Shown: positions 10,082 to 19,269, numbered from the stretch's first letter. The stretch is 64,000 nucleotides of DNA from an uncultured Candidatus Saccharibacteria bacterium (GCA_964448075.1 CAYUUR010000001.1:65785-129784); one strand, 5' to 3'. Made by a program: numbers and translations. Notes: generated by a model from the sequence alone, not told the origin.

Positions 10082-10288
10082 CTATACTATTTCATTACAT
10101 TCCGGATGCGATCCACTAATACAGTCTGGCCCATCAATCGCCACTCGTAGTCGTTGCTGACGTTGGATGTAATCTCGAAAGGCATATAACTTCGTTTGTT
10201 CTTCGTCTTGCATGCTTGCAGAGGTCACATGCTCAATACCTGGCATGGCGCGGCGTAACAAATCATCATCTGGACCTAAGTGTTCCAT
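10082..10288 (-). CDS. Hypothetical small acidic protein (68 aa)
   Basis: ORF starting 5 nt after the tig stop. No SD and no recognisable motifs except CISGSHPEC near the C-terminus. Confidence 0.4.
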   Translation of the reverse strand: MEHLGPDDDLLRRAMPGIEHVTSASMQDEEQTKLYAFRDYIQRQQRLRVAIDGPDCISGSHPECNEIV

Positions 10289-10293
10289 ATTTT

Positions 10294-11577
10294 CTATTTG
10301 CTCGCGTATTCAACCAGTTTTTCAATTGTTTTTTCGGTAATCATACGCGAACCAATCTCGCGCTGATTCTCTGGCTTATCAAGCTCGGCTTGCATCGCTG
10401 CATCCTGATACTGCCCCTTCAGGAGCTGCAAACGAACCTGCAATTCATCCGGTGTAATCTGGATGTTTTCCTGATCTGACACTTCCGCCAAAACGAGGCC
10501 AGCCTTAACGCGCATCTCTGCTTGAGGCGCTAGTGTCTTTGTTCGATAATCAGATTCACTGACTCCTTCTGATTCTAAAAACTCTTGCCAGGTCTGCCCA
10601 CGGTACAGAATGTTCTGCTGCTGCTCTTTTAAAAGTGCCTCTATCTGCTCATCGACGAGCACCTGCGGCACGGAAAGTTTCGTCTGGGCGACGATTTTCT
10701 CGATTAATGCCTGTTCATAGTCGCGCATGATGCTCGTTTGGCGTTCCTGAGTGAGTTGCGCTTTTATATCGCGCTTCAGGTCAGCTAGAGTTTTGAACGG
10801 ACCAACTGAAGCGGCAAATACGTCATCAACGACAGGTTCAATGAGCTCTTCAACTTTTTTGATCGTCACCGCAAAGTTAACAACCTTACCCGCGAGTGCC
10901 TTGACGCCGTAATCTTTAGGGAACGTTATATCAAAGTTAAACGGCTTGTCAGCGACGTTTCCAATAACCTTGTCTTCAAATCCCGGAATAAAGCTATTAC
11001 TACCCAGAATAAGCGGATAGTCATTACCTTCGGCGCCTTTGATGGCTTCACCCTTCTTATTTGTTCCTTTAAAGTCAATTGTCGCTTGATCGCCTTTTTT
11101 GGCGGCACGCTTAACTTGTTTACGTTCAGCTGCACGAGAACGCAGTGAATCAAGGACTTCTTTCACATCTTTTTCGGCTACTACCGCTTTTTTTAGTGGT
11201 AGCTTTATTTTTTTGTAGTCGGGAAGGACTACCTTACCAATGACCGACACGACAGTTTCAAACTCGAGGTTTGTATATGGCACGAACTTTTTGATGGAAA
11301 CATCAGGACGAGCCACGGGGCGAATCTTGTGCTCATCGAGCGCCTGAACATAGAAGGTGTTAACGGCATCTTCGATCACTTCTGTTTCAAGCAGTGACTG
11401 GTCAACGTTTTTTTCAATAATATTAAGTGGGGCTTTGCCTTCTCGAAAGCCGGCGACTTTGACCTTTGCGCCAAGTTTTTTGAGTGCGCGTTGCTTGATA
11501 GGACTGAGGTCTACTTCAGATAGCGTAAATGTTAGGGTTGTTTGTGTGTCGCTGAGTTGTTTCTTGGATATATGCAT
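10294..11577 (-). CDS. tig: Trigger factor
   Basis: Domain order and conserved blocks (GFREGKAPLNIIEK, FIPGFEDKVIG PPIase region). Start moved from TTG 11586 to ATG 11577, which lies 8 nt downstream of TGtTATAGT (11586..11594). Confidence 0.9.
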   Translation of the reverse strand: MHISKKQLSDTQTTLTFTLSEVDLSPIKQRALKKLGAKVKVAGFREGKAPLNIIEKNVDQSLLETEVIEDAVNTFYVQALDEHKIRPVARPDVSIKKFVPYTNLEFETVVSVIGKVVLPDYKKIKLPLKKAVVAEKDVKEVLDSLRSRAAERKQVKRAAKKGDQATIDFKGTNKKGEAIKGAEGNDYPLILGSNSFIPGFEDKVIGNVADKPFNFDITFPKDYGVKALAGKVVNFAVTIKKVEELIEPVVDDVFAASVGPFKTLADLKRDIKAQLTQERQTSIMRDYEQALIEKIVAQTKLSVPQVLVDEQIEALLKEQQQNILYRGQTWQEFLESEGVSESDYRTKTLAPQAEMRVKAGLVLAEVSDQENIQITPDELQVRLQLLKGQYQDAAMQAELDKPENQREIGSRMITEKTIEKLVEYASK

Positions 11578-11628
11578 AGACGCCAACTATAACAGATGGC
11601 GTCTACTTTTTCTAGCCTTCTGAGCAAG

Positions 11629-12939
11629 CTAATTATCCTTGCGGAAATCCTTGATGATTGTCACGACGCGCTGTAAGCTGTGACGTTCCTCTTCGCCGCT
11701 CACAATGTCTTTGAGCGTGAATTGCTGGTCGTTGAGCTCATTTTCACCGACAAACAGCATGTAGCGAATGCCTTTTTTGGCCGCTTGCTTGATCTGCTTC
11801 TCAACTTTGCGCCCTGTTGGATCGACGGCGACAGCCACACCCATCTCGCGCAGTTCTGCTATGACGCGTTGGGCTTTAGCGTAGACATCGCCAAGGAGCG
11901 CAACGTAGACTTCAGTCTCTGGTTTTAGTTGCGGCAGTAGTTTGTGCGTCTCCAGGAAGTTCTGTAACGTTACGTCCCCCATACCAAACCCAACTGTAGC
12001 AACCTCTTCTACGCCAAAGAGGCCAACCAAACCATCATATCGTCCTCCGCCAAACATCGAGCGGTTGTTTTCTGGATCCGTATCAAATACTTCAAAAACA
12101 ATATCGGTATAGTAGTCAAAACCACGCATAAGGGTGATATCAAAGGTTACATTTGTGACCAACGAATCACTAAGCATTGACATGAGCTTCGTAAGCTCTA
12201 CAACAGACGGGTGCGCCTTAAGTTCATCTGGTAGATGCTTGAGATCTTTGATCGTCAATAAAGCTTTTAGTTTGTCCTCTGTGCCGTCCTCACGTTGAGA
12301 CATGCTCAGAATTGCGTCAAGCTGCGCAGTAAAGGCCGCTGGCTCTAATTTATGCATGCGATCAATTAGCTTTATCAGACTGTACGCCTGAGTCTGAGCC
12401 AAACTTAGATACTCCATCAACGCTGCATCGATAAGCTTGCGGCTGTTTAAACGGAATAGATATGTTTCAGCCTTAGCGCCAAAGGCTTTCATTATGGCAT
12501 CTGCAGTCATGATTAGCTCATGCTCGGCCTCAACACCGGGTAAACCAAAGAGGTCTACGTTCAACTGCCAGTGCTCGCGCAAACGACCACGCTGTGGCCG
12601 CTCATATCGCCACAGGTTTGGGATTGAATACCAGCGCACTGGATAGGCAAGCTCCTGACGGCGACCTGCCACCATTCTAGAAACGGTTGGCGTCATCTCT
12701 GGCCGTATAGCAACTTTACGACCACCACGATCCTCGAAAGTATAGGTCTGTTCATTGACAATTTCTTCGCCTGATTTTGCTGCGTACAGTTCAAGTGGCT
12801 CCAATATTGGCGCATCGTACTCTTCGTAGCCGAATTTCTCTACGACAGAACGCATAACACCAAACATATATTTTTGTTTGCGCTTGTCCTCCGGGTAAAA
12901 ATCTCGGGCACCTTTATATGGTTGGGTTGATAAGCTCAT
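11629..12939 (-). CDS. hisS: Histidine--tRNA ligase
   Basis: 436 aa with class II aaRS HisRS blocks (KGARDFYPED, RPEMTPTVSRMV, YERPQRGRLREHWQ, GGGRYDGL). Confidence 0.95.
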   Translation of the reverse strand: MSLSTQPYKGARDFYPEDKRKQKYMFGVMRSVVEKFGYEEYDAPILEPLELYAAKSGEEIVNEQTYTFEDRGGRKVAIRPEMTPTVSRMVAGRRQELAYPVRWYSIPNLWRYERPQRGRLREHWQLNVDLFGLPGVEAEHELIMTADAIMKAFGAKAETYLFRLNSRKLIDAALMEYLSLAQTQAYSLIKLIDRMHKLEPAAFTAQLDAILSMSQREDGTEDKLKALLTIKDLKHLPDELKAHPSVVELTKLMSMLSDSLVTNVTFDITLMRGFDYYTDIVFEVFDTDPENNRSMFGGGRYDGLVGLFGVEEVATVGFGMGDVTLQNFLETHKLLPQLKPETEVYVALLGDVYAKAQRVIAELREMGVAVAVDPTGRKVEKQIKQAAKKGIRYMLFVGENELNDQQFTLKDIVSGEEERHSLQRVVTIIKDFRKDN

Positions 12940-13471
12940 TTATTTCACCTTTTCTTGATTGTATCATTGTTTCTAGTAAATCCAGTGCTTCAACTGCGGA
13001 CTTAGCGGCCCTGAATGCGTAGCGCTTTCTGGCATCGAGATACGTCCCGGACAGTTGGTCGGACCAGCCTCCAAAACCCTTCAATATCACCACAGGAATA
13101 TTAGCTTGGTATGCTACCGTGATTTCGTTCAGCGTCCCTGATCCTCCCGCGATAGCAACAATACCATCACAAGCTAATGCCTGTACCATTTCACGTCCGC
13201 CACCTCTTGCAAGTCCGGTAGGAATTACAATTACTGCTGAATCTGGCGCATAAACTTGTTTTGATGTTCCGTATGTTATGCCGACAGTAACGCCTTTTGC
13301 GTTCCTTGCGCTGAGTGCGGCATAAGTAGATAAAGACGAACAGTCTTGTTCTGCACCGAATATTAATGTGTGTTTCCTAAAAGCTACTTCCGTGCCCAGC
13401 CTTTTTGCCGCAATAATGGCCGCTTTAGTTGGTTCCAGATCTGCGGCTGAACCAATTACTCCTATTTGCAT
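12914..13471 (-). CDS. LOG / TIGR00725-like Rossmann-fold protein (paralog 1)
   Basis: 185 aa with IGVIGSA at the N-terminus and AGGSGTLNEI (a PGGxGTxxE-like motif). AGGAG at 13478..13482 lies 6 nt from the ATG. The 3' end overlaps hisS by 26 nt. Confidence 0.7.
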   Translation of the reverse strand: MQIGVIGSAADLEPTKAAIIAAKRLGTEVAFRKHTLIFGAEQDCSSLSTYAALSARNAKGVTVGITYGTSKQVYAPDSAVIVIPTGLARGGGREMVQALACDGIVAIAGGSGTLNEITVAYQANIPVVILKGFGGWSDQLSGTYLDARKRYAFRAAKSAVEALDLLETMIQSRKGEINELINPTI

Positions 13472-13495
13472 TTTATTCTCCTAAATTATCAGTCA

Positions 13496-13524
13496 AAATC
13501 AAAAACGCCGGGTGACCGGCGTTT
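13496..13524 (-). terminator. Intrinsic terminator/attenuator in the leader of the LOG-like/hisS operon, also the 3' end for tRNA-Leu transcripts
   Basis: Minus strand reads AAACGCCGG-ucac-CCGGCGUUU followed by UUGAUUUUG. The stem is a perfect 9 bp (13503..13511 pairs with 13516..13524) with a 4-nt loop. Confidence 0.7.
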
Positions 13525-13612
13525 GCAATGATTCAAGAGAATAGAAAACTAACCGATCAGCTCCGGCGATGTATGTGATTGTGACTGGTTAGTATTAACA
13601 AACATGATGAAT

Positions 13613-13640
13613 ATCATATAACGGTACTGTAATAAGTCAA
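13613..13640 (-). promoter_or_regulatory. Candidate promoter TTGACT-N16-TATGAT immediately after the tRNA CCA end
   Basis: -35 is the reverse complement of 13635..13640 and -10 the reverse complement of 13613..13618. An ATG at 13605 lies 7 nt downstream and opens an 18-codon uORF (13549..13605, MFVNTNQSQSHTSPELIG). Confidence 0.5.
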
Positions 13641-13725
13641 TGGTGGGCGAGAAAGGACTTGAACCTTCACATCTTGCGATACTAGTTCCTAAGACTAGCG
13701 CGTCTACCAATTCCGCCACTCGCCC
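13641..13725 (-). tRNA. tRNA-Leu (anticodon UAG), CCA encoded
   Basis: Manual fold: acceptor GGGCGAG pairs with CTCGCCC, discriminator A then CCA. Anticodon stem is CTAGT/ACTAG with loop CTTAGGA. It has a long variable arm and a GGTTCAAGTCC T-loop. 85 nt. Confidence 0.9.
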
Positions 13726-13783
13726 ACAAAATACCATATGTTAATCGCGTGTTTGCTTCTCGCGCACAAAATACTTGCCTATT

Positions 13784-14317
13784 TTAGCGTGAACGACGAA
13801 AAAATGCCAGTGTTAAGCCAGCGTAGTTTCTTTTGGTCGTCAGAGCCAGACCTGTAAACTCAGGAATATCAAACTGCGATGGCCATGACAGTACAAACAA
13901 ACCTTGCGGCTCTAGATGATCAGCCAGCTTCTGCAACAGATCAACACGCAGGTCATTATAGGGCGGGTCACACACAATAATATCGAACAGAAGATCACGA
14001 TTATTATCCGCCCATGATGAAACATTCGCGATTGTTCCTTTAACCTTGTCTTCTAGACCAAGTTTCACAATGTTCTCTGAGATAACTTTGTAAGCCTTTT
14101 TGTCACTGTCGATACAGTAAACAAAGCGTGCACCACGGCTGGCCGCCTCAAAAGCCAATGCACCGCTACCACCAAAGGCATCAAGCATGGTTAGCTCTGT
14201 AATGTCACCAAGCATGTTAAATAGTGCACCACGGGCTTTCTCGCTCATCGGATGGGTTTTGCGCCCGCGTGGCGAGACAAATTGACGGCTTTTGAGTTCA
14301 CCGGCGATGATTCTCAT
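13784..14317 (-). CDS. rsmD: 16S rRNA (guanine-N2)-methyltransferase RsmD family
   Basis: MRIIAGELKSR start, DAFGGSGALAFEAASRGA SAM site and VCDPPY motif. Start moved to ATG 14317 (4-nt overlap with the upstream gene). Confidence 0.85.
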   Translation of the reverse strand: MRIIAGELKSRQFVSPRGRKTHPMSEKARGALFNMLGDITELTMLDAFGGSGALAFEAASRGARFVYCIDSDKKAYKVISENIVKLGLEDKVKGTIANVSSWADNNRDLLFDIIVCDPPYNDLRVDLLQKLADHLEPQGLFVLSWPSQFDIPEFTGLALTTKRNYAGLTLAFFRRSR

Positions 14318-15153
14318 GCCGGCTGCAGCGCCTTTGGTCGCGGTATTGCGCCAGCCTCTACTAAAGCACTGTGCCATGTGAGCGTAATCGTCTGCGTTAT
14401 GACAGGACCAAGCTTATGACGCACTTGCCAAGCTAGTTTTGGTGTCCAACCGCGCTTATAATACGCCCCATACATATCCATCACAGCAATCTCACGAGCG
14501 GCTGCCTGGAACCAAGCAATCACGCCAATGTCCATCATTCGAGCAATATCGTGCTCAGAAGGAACAGCCTCTTTAAAAGTTAGGGGTGCGATAATGGTAG
14601 CAATGCCGAGTTCAAACAATCCATGCGTAGTAATCAGTCCTTTTGGCCCCCACATTTTGAAGTTGTTCTTGACCTTTTCACGACGATTAATACCAGGAAT
14701 GATCCACTTGGCTTTGATACTCGTACGGGTCTCAATGCCTTCCCCACCACGGAGTTCAACGAGTTTCTTCTCGTACGGATAATGATGCGCTGGGGTCAGG
14801 CCATCAACCAAGGCATGCGCCAACCAGGCCGCTTCAAAGGCTACGCGTTCTTCATTGTGCTGCTTAAGCTCGCGAACAAGCTGTTTATAGTGGTCTTCGA
14901 TGAGCTTTACGAGGATGGAATCTTGGTCATCAAATGGACTGTAGTAATGCCATGGCTCATCTTTTGCCGGGCTCTTACGTTTCAGCGCGTCTGGCCCATT
15001 CTTGCCCTCAAAGTGGAGAATCTTACGCGCCGTCGGAAAATGCGCATGACCATCAGTGATCTTTGCCAGGTGTTTTCGGGCGACTTTATCAAACTTTTGG
15101 TGCGCACCCAAAATTCGTCCAGAAGTTTTTGTTAATGTTGATCCGCTATACAT
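14314..15153 (-). CDS. Hypothetical protein, possibly a zinc-dependent phospholipase C / S1-P1 nuclease-like fold
   Basis: 279 aa. Contains NGPDALKRKSPAKDEPWHYY and AHALVDGLTPAHH, His/Asp clusters reminiscent of the Zn-PLC family. The gene is secure; the functional call is tentative. Confidence 0.45.
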   Translation of the reverse strand: MYSGSTLTKTSGRILGAHQKFDKVARKHLAKITDGHAHFPTARKILHFEGKNGPDALKRKSPAKDEPWHYYSPFDDQDSILVKLIEDHYKQLVRELKQHNEERVAFEAAWLAHALVDGLTPAHHYPYEKKLVELRGGEGIETRTSIKAKWIIPGINRREKVKNNFKMWGPKGLITTHGLFELGIATIIAPLTFKEAVPSEHDIARMMDIGVIAWFQAAAREIAVMDMYGAYYKRGWTPKLAWQVRHKLGPVITQTITLTWHSALVEAGAIPRPKALQPA

Positions 15154-15157
15154 ATTG

Positions 15158-17194
15158 TCAGTTTAAATTTGTGATTGCTCTTAGTTTTTCTACGGTATCG
15201 TGTAGTTCCTTGTATTGTACCAGTAGTCCTGGCGTATCGAGTACCTTTTGTGCAAAAGAGCGAGCTTCAGCAATGAGCTTGGTATCTGTTAGCTTGGCAA
15301 TCCTCAGGTCAAGCTGTCCGTGCTGCATACTCCCATAAATCGCTCCAGGTCCTCGTAGTTCAAGATCCAGCTCTGCCAAGCCAAACCCGTCAGAACTTGT
15401 CTCCAGCGCGCGTAACCGTCGTGATACCGGTTTATTGTCTGTGAGTAGCAAATAGCAGTACGCCTGCTGACTGCCACGCCCCACACGACCACGCAACTGA
15501 TGGGCTTGTGCTAAACCAAAACGTTCCGCAGACTCAATCACCATAACTGTAGCATTGGGTACATCAACACCAACCTCAATGACGGTTGTCGCTACTAATA
15601 TATCTAGTTTTTGATCAACAAACGATTGCATCACTTGTTGTTTGTCGGCGCTTTTCATCTTGCCATGCAATAACCCAACTCGACGGTGTTTGAAGACACC
15701 TTTACTGAGACGTTTATGAACTTCTTCCGCTGAGGCGGCTTGCAGCATGTCCGATTCAGTAATCAGTGGCGTAACTACGAATATTTGCTCACCTGCGTCA
15801 ATATGCTTGTCGATGTCTTTGTAGAGCGCATTTCGCGATGCCGCAGGTACAACTTTAGTTTTGATAGGTTTTCTAAGCGATGGTTTGGTCGCAATAACAC
15901 TTATGTCCATTTCACCATAGACAGTCAGGGCAAGACTACGTGGAATAGGTGTTGCCGTCATAGTTAAGACATGTACAGCATGTCCGGCCTTGGACTGTAG
16001 TTTCTTGCGTTGCTCAACCCCAAAGCGGTGCTGTTCGTCGACAATAACCAGTCCAAGATTTGGAGGCTGTACCGCGTCCTGGATAAGTGCATGCGTTCCA
16101 ATAATAAGCCGTGCTTGGTTATCTTTGATAGCTTGGTGTGCACGTTTCTTTTGCGCGGTATTCAGACTACCCACAAGTAGGCACAATTGGTCTGCAAAAC
16201 CGAGAGGCTCAAGCAATGCATGGATCGAGCTGGCGTGTTGGCGCGCTAAGATTTCTGTCGGCGCCATTATAGTAACCTGATAACCTTGCTCCATTGCCAT
16301 GAGCGCCGCCATTGTAGCGACGACAGTCTTGCCAGAGCCAACATCGCCCTCTAGTAAGCGATTCATCGGTTGCTCTTTGGCAATATCTTGATAGATTTGC
16401 CACACAACCTTGCGCTGGTCATCAGTAAGCTTAAATGGCAACTGCGACACGAACGCTTGAGCAAGCTTCTGTGAAAACGGAATTGCTATTGCCGTTTGAT
16501 GAGCGATCGCCTGCCTATTAAGAAAACTCGCTAAGCTTAAATTAAACACTTCTTCAAAACCCAAGCGACGCTTAGCAGCAGCGAGCTCGTCAGGCGACTG
16601 TGGAAAGTGCAAACGCACGTACGCTTCTGCACGACTGAGTAAATTACCTCGTTTAATTACATCAGACGGTAATGACTCAGGTAGGCGCTTAATCACAGGT
16701 CGAATTTCCTGAAAGATTTTGCGAAGGACTGTATTAGTGACACCCTGACGCTCAGGGTAAATCGGTATAACTCTTGCCGCATTTACAGGGTAATCCGATA
16801 CCAGCTCCATAGACGGATTCATAATGGCGAGTTTTTGGCGACTCAGCTCAAACACTCCAGAGACGTAATATTCTGCTCCTTTTTTAGTCTGCGCAGCCCG
16901 ATACGACTGATTGAACCAAACAATGCGGACAGATCCAGTCTCATCGCTCGCCACCGCTTCTGTAACATGCATGCCGCGACGCACATATCTACCAGCAATC
17001 GACGTAATCGTAACTTTAATAGTCACTGGACCAGGATGCAATTTGGCCACAGGAGTCACTACAGAGAAATCTTGATATGCACGTGGAAAATATTCAACCA
17101 AATCGTGGACAGTGCGAATCGACAGGATATTGAGCTTTTGTTCTAGTTTAGGACCCACTCCCTTTATCTCGCCGACCGGCGTCTGCAGTTTCAT
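15158..17194 (-). CDS. recG: ATP-dependent DNA helicase RecG
   Basis: 678 aa with wedge domain, GDVGSGKT Walker A, DEQHRFG and QLRGRVGRG motifs. TATACT lies 6 nt upstream of the ATG. Confidence 0.93.
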   Translation of the reverse strand: MKLQTPVGEIKGVGPKLEQKLNILSIRTVHDLVEYFPRAYQDFSVVTPVAKLHPGPVTIKVTITSIAGRYVRRGMHVTEAVASDETGSVRIVWFNQSYRAAQTKKGAEYYVSGVFELSRQKLAIMNPSMELVSDYPVNAARVIPIYPERQGVTNTVLRKIFQEIRPVIKRLPESLPSDVIKRGNLLSRAEAYVRLHFPQSPDELAAAKRRLGFEEVFNLSLASFLNRQAIAHQTAIAIPFSQKLAQAFVSQLPFKLTDDQRKVVWQIYQDIAKEQPMNRLLEGDVGSGKTVVATMAALMAMEQGYQVTIMAPTEILARQHASSIHALLEPLGFADQLCLLVGSLNTAQKKRAHQAIKDNQARLIIGTHALIQDAVQPPNLGLVIVDEQHRFGVEQRKKLQSKAGHAVHVLTMTATPIPRSLALTVYGEMDISVIATKPSLRKPIKTKVVPAASRNALYKDIDKHIDAGEQIFVVTPLITESDMLQAASAEEVHKRLSKGVFKHRRVGLLHGKMKSADKQQVMQSFVDQKLDILVATTVIEVGVDVPNATVMVIESAERFGLAQAHQLRGRVGRGSQQAYCYLLLTDNKPVSRRLRALETSSDGFGLAELDLELRGPGAIYGSMQHGQLDLRIAKLTDTKLIAEARSFAQKVLDTPGLLVQYKELHDTVEKLRAITNLN

Positions 17195-17217
17195 AAGGCT
17201 AGTATAGCTGACTCAGT

Positions 17218-17994
17218 CTATTTGGCTTTTCGAACAAGCAAAAACGTACTTGGGCCAAAATATGTGTGGGCAAGCGGCTTCTGTAGGACTCGCTCCACTT
17301 TCATCATCACAGATACAGGCACAAATTTCTTGAGTCCAGGACTGCGCAAGTTAGAAACACTGAGCACTTTATCAACTTTAAGACCTGCGTGAGCGAGCTG
17401 ACGAATTACCGTTTTAGGGTGGTGGTTCACAAAAGGAATCTCGTCTTTGTTCTTGTGTTCTTCTGAACGAATGTCGACCGGTTGTTTTGGCACTTTTTGG
17501 CCTTTGAGCATGTATTTCAGTCGGTTACGCGCGTGGGTATTGTTGGCGACTTCAAGGATTAGAACGCCATCGGCAGATAACACGCGAGCAAGTTCGTTAA
17601 ATTCTTGGGTTGGGTCTGGCAGATGATGCATGACGCGGATCATAGTGATGAGGTCAAGTTCACCATCTTTGAACTGTAAGTCATCGGCTTGCATAAGCTT
17701 TCGATCAATTTCTGGATGGTCTTTGAGATAGTCCTTGGCAATATCTAGTTGCTGTTGCGATGGCTCGGCTAAAGTAACTTTATCGGCGTAGTCTTCAAGT
17801 AAAAGACATAATCGGCCGTAGCCACCGCCGATATCTGTGGCGTGACGAAAGTGCTTCCCCTTAAGGAATCGAGTTATTGCGACTTCTTCTGCGGCATGTT
17901 CGTACTCGCGTCCATCCCAATAATGAAGATAATTATGATTAGGATCATTGTACTGGTCAGCTTTTTTCTTGGTTGATTTGGTTGTTTTATTCAT
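17218..17994 (-). CDS. Class I SAM-dependent methyltransferase
   Basis: 258 aa with the DIGGGYGRL SAM-binding motif. TGtTATACT lies 7 nt upstream of the ATG. Confidence 0.85.
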   Translation of the reverse strand: MNKTTKSTKKKADQYNDPNHNYLHYWDGREYEHAAEEVAITRFLKGKHFRHATDIGGGYGRLCLLLEDYADKVTLAEPSQQQLDIAKDYLKDHPEIDRKLMQADDLQFKDGELDLITMIRVMHHLPDPTQEFNELARVLSADGVLILEVANNTHARNRLKYMLKGQKVPKQPVDIRSEEHKNKDEIPFVNHHPKTVIRQLAHAGLKVDKVLSVSNLRSPGLKKFVPVSVMMKVERVLQKPLAHTYFGPSTFLLVRKAK

Positions 17995-18033
17995 AGTGAA
18001 AAGTATAACAGCTCCTTGGGCTCGTCTTCGTTG

Positions 18034-19269
18034 TTATTTTTGTTCGACGATAGCAAAGCTATTCTTGCCACGCTTGAGCAGACTTGCTCCAGAATCAAAG
18101 CCCTGCTGTTCTAGCGTTACCTTCTGGCCGTTGATAGTAATTGCGCCAGCCGCGATAAATCGATTAGCTTCGCTGTTTGAGCTTGCAAGTCCAGCTTTGA
18201 CTACCGTAGCGGCAATATTGTCCTGAGCTTGCACTGTTACAAGTTCGTCTTTAAGCAAAGCGACATCATCGGTTTTTAGCTCAGTAAAATCTGCACCACC
18301 AAACAGTACATTAGTAACACGTTCTGCGGATGCAGCTCGGTCAGCACCGTGGACAATCGTCGTTACTTCTTGGGCGAGTCGTTTCTGAGCGCTACGAGCA
18401 GCTGGGTCTTTTTTGAAACACGCCATAATCTCATCAATGCTGGACTTATCAAGCGGAGTGTAGACCTTCAGGTAGTCTTCTACGCCGCCATCGTCAGCGT
18501 TGAGCCAGAATTGATAGAACTTGAATACACTCGTCTGCTCGGGGTCGAGCCATACGGCTCCGTCCTCAGTTTTACCAAACTTAACACCTGTTGCTTTGTT
18601 GATGATCAGCGGGGTTGTCCATACGTGCGCTTCCTTGCCTGTTTTTCGGCGAATCAAATCAACCCCTGTGATGCTGTTACCCCACTGATCGGAACCACTC
18701 AACTGGAGTGTTACACCATACTTCTCAAAGAGGTGTAAAAAGTCATAGCCTTGAATCAGCGAGTAACTGAACTCTGCATAACTTATTCCAGCACCATTTT
18801 CACCAAGACGAGACTGAACAAAGTCACGTGCGAGCATTTGTCTCATCGGTACGTGTTTGCCGACTTCGCGTAAAAAGTCTAGATAGTTCATATCCTTGAA
18901 CCAGTTATAGTTATCAACCACCTTGAATTCAATACCGTCAAACACCTGCTTATACTGCGCAATGATACCTTTTTTGTTCTGAGCAACAATTTCAGGGGTC
19001 TTAAGGTCTCTCTCCTGGGCTTTGCCGTCAGGATCACCGATGAGACCAGTTGCGCCACCAACAAGCAGTACGGGAGTGTAGCCGTGGCGAATAAACACAC
19101 GCGCCATCATAGCGGCCGCCAAATTACCAATTTGCATTGATGGGGCGCTCGGGTCAACACCCCAATAGAATGTCCGTTTTTTGGAATCAAGTTCGGTAAT
19201 ACTCTGGAAGGTTGTCTGATCTACAAAACCTCGCCATTTCAGCTCTTCAGATAGTGTCATTTTACTCAT
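18034..19269 (-). CDS. tyrS: Tyrosine--tRNA ligase
   Basis: 411 aa with a class I aaRS layout, a KFGKT (KMSKS-type) motif and a C-terminal S4-like domain. TATACT lies 7 nt upstream of the ATG. Confidence 0.95.
   Translation of the reverse strand: MSKMTLSEELKWRGFVDQTTFQSITELDSKKRTFYWGVDPSAPSMQIGNLAAAMMARVFIRHGYTPVLLVGGATGLIGDPDGKAQERDLKTPEIVAQNKKGIIAQYKQVFDGIEFKVVDNYNWFKDMNYLDFLREVGKHVPMRQMLARDFVQSRLGENGAGISYAEFSYSLIQGYDFLHLFEKYGVTLQLSGSDQWGNSITGVDLIRRKTGKEAHVWTTPLIINKATGVKFGKTEDGAVWLDPEQTSVFKFYQFWLNADDGGVEDYLKVYTPLDKSSIDEIMACFKKDPAARSAQKRLAQEVTTIVHGADRAASAERVTNVLFGGADFTELKTDDVALLKDELVTVQAQDNIAATVVKAGLASSNSEANRFIAAGAITINGQKVTLEQQGFDSGASLLKRGKNSFAIVEQK

Noticed and set aside
11577-11605. 9-bp hairpin (TAGACGCCA...TGGCGTCTA) followed by a T-run on the plus strand between hisS and tig, initially taken as a terminator.
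   Set aside because: The U-tract is on the non-transcribed (plus) orientation, where no gene ends. On the minus strand the loop carries the tig extended -10 (TGtTATAGT) and the stem ends at the tig ATG. It is therefore treated as part of the tig promoter/start region rather than a terminator.
13549-13737. 62-aa ORF in the track (MVFCGRVAELVDALVLGTS...).
   Set aside because: Most of it is the antisense-free read-through of the tRNA-Leu gene, and the AELVDALV peptide is the typical tRNA shadow. Only its last 18 codons (13549..13605) are kept, as a possible uORF in the leader finding.
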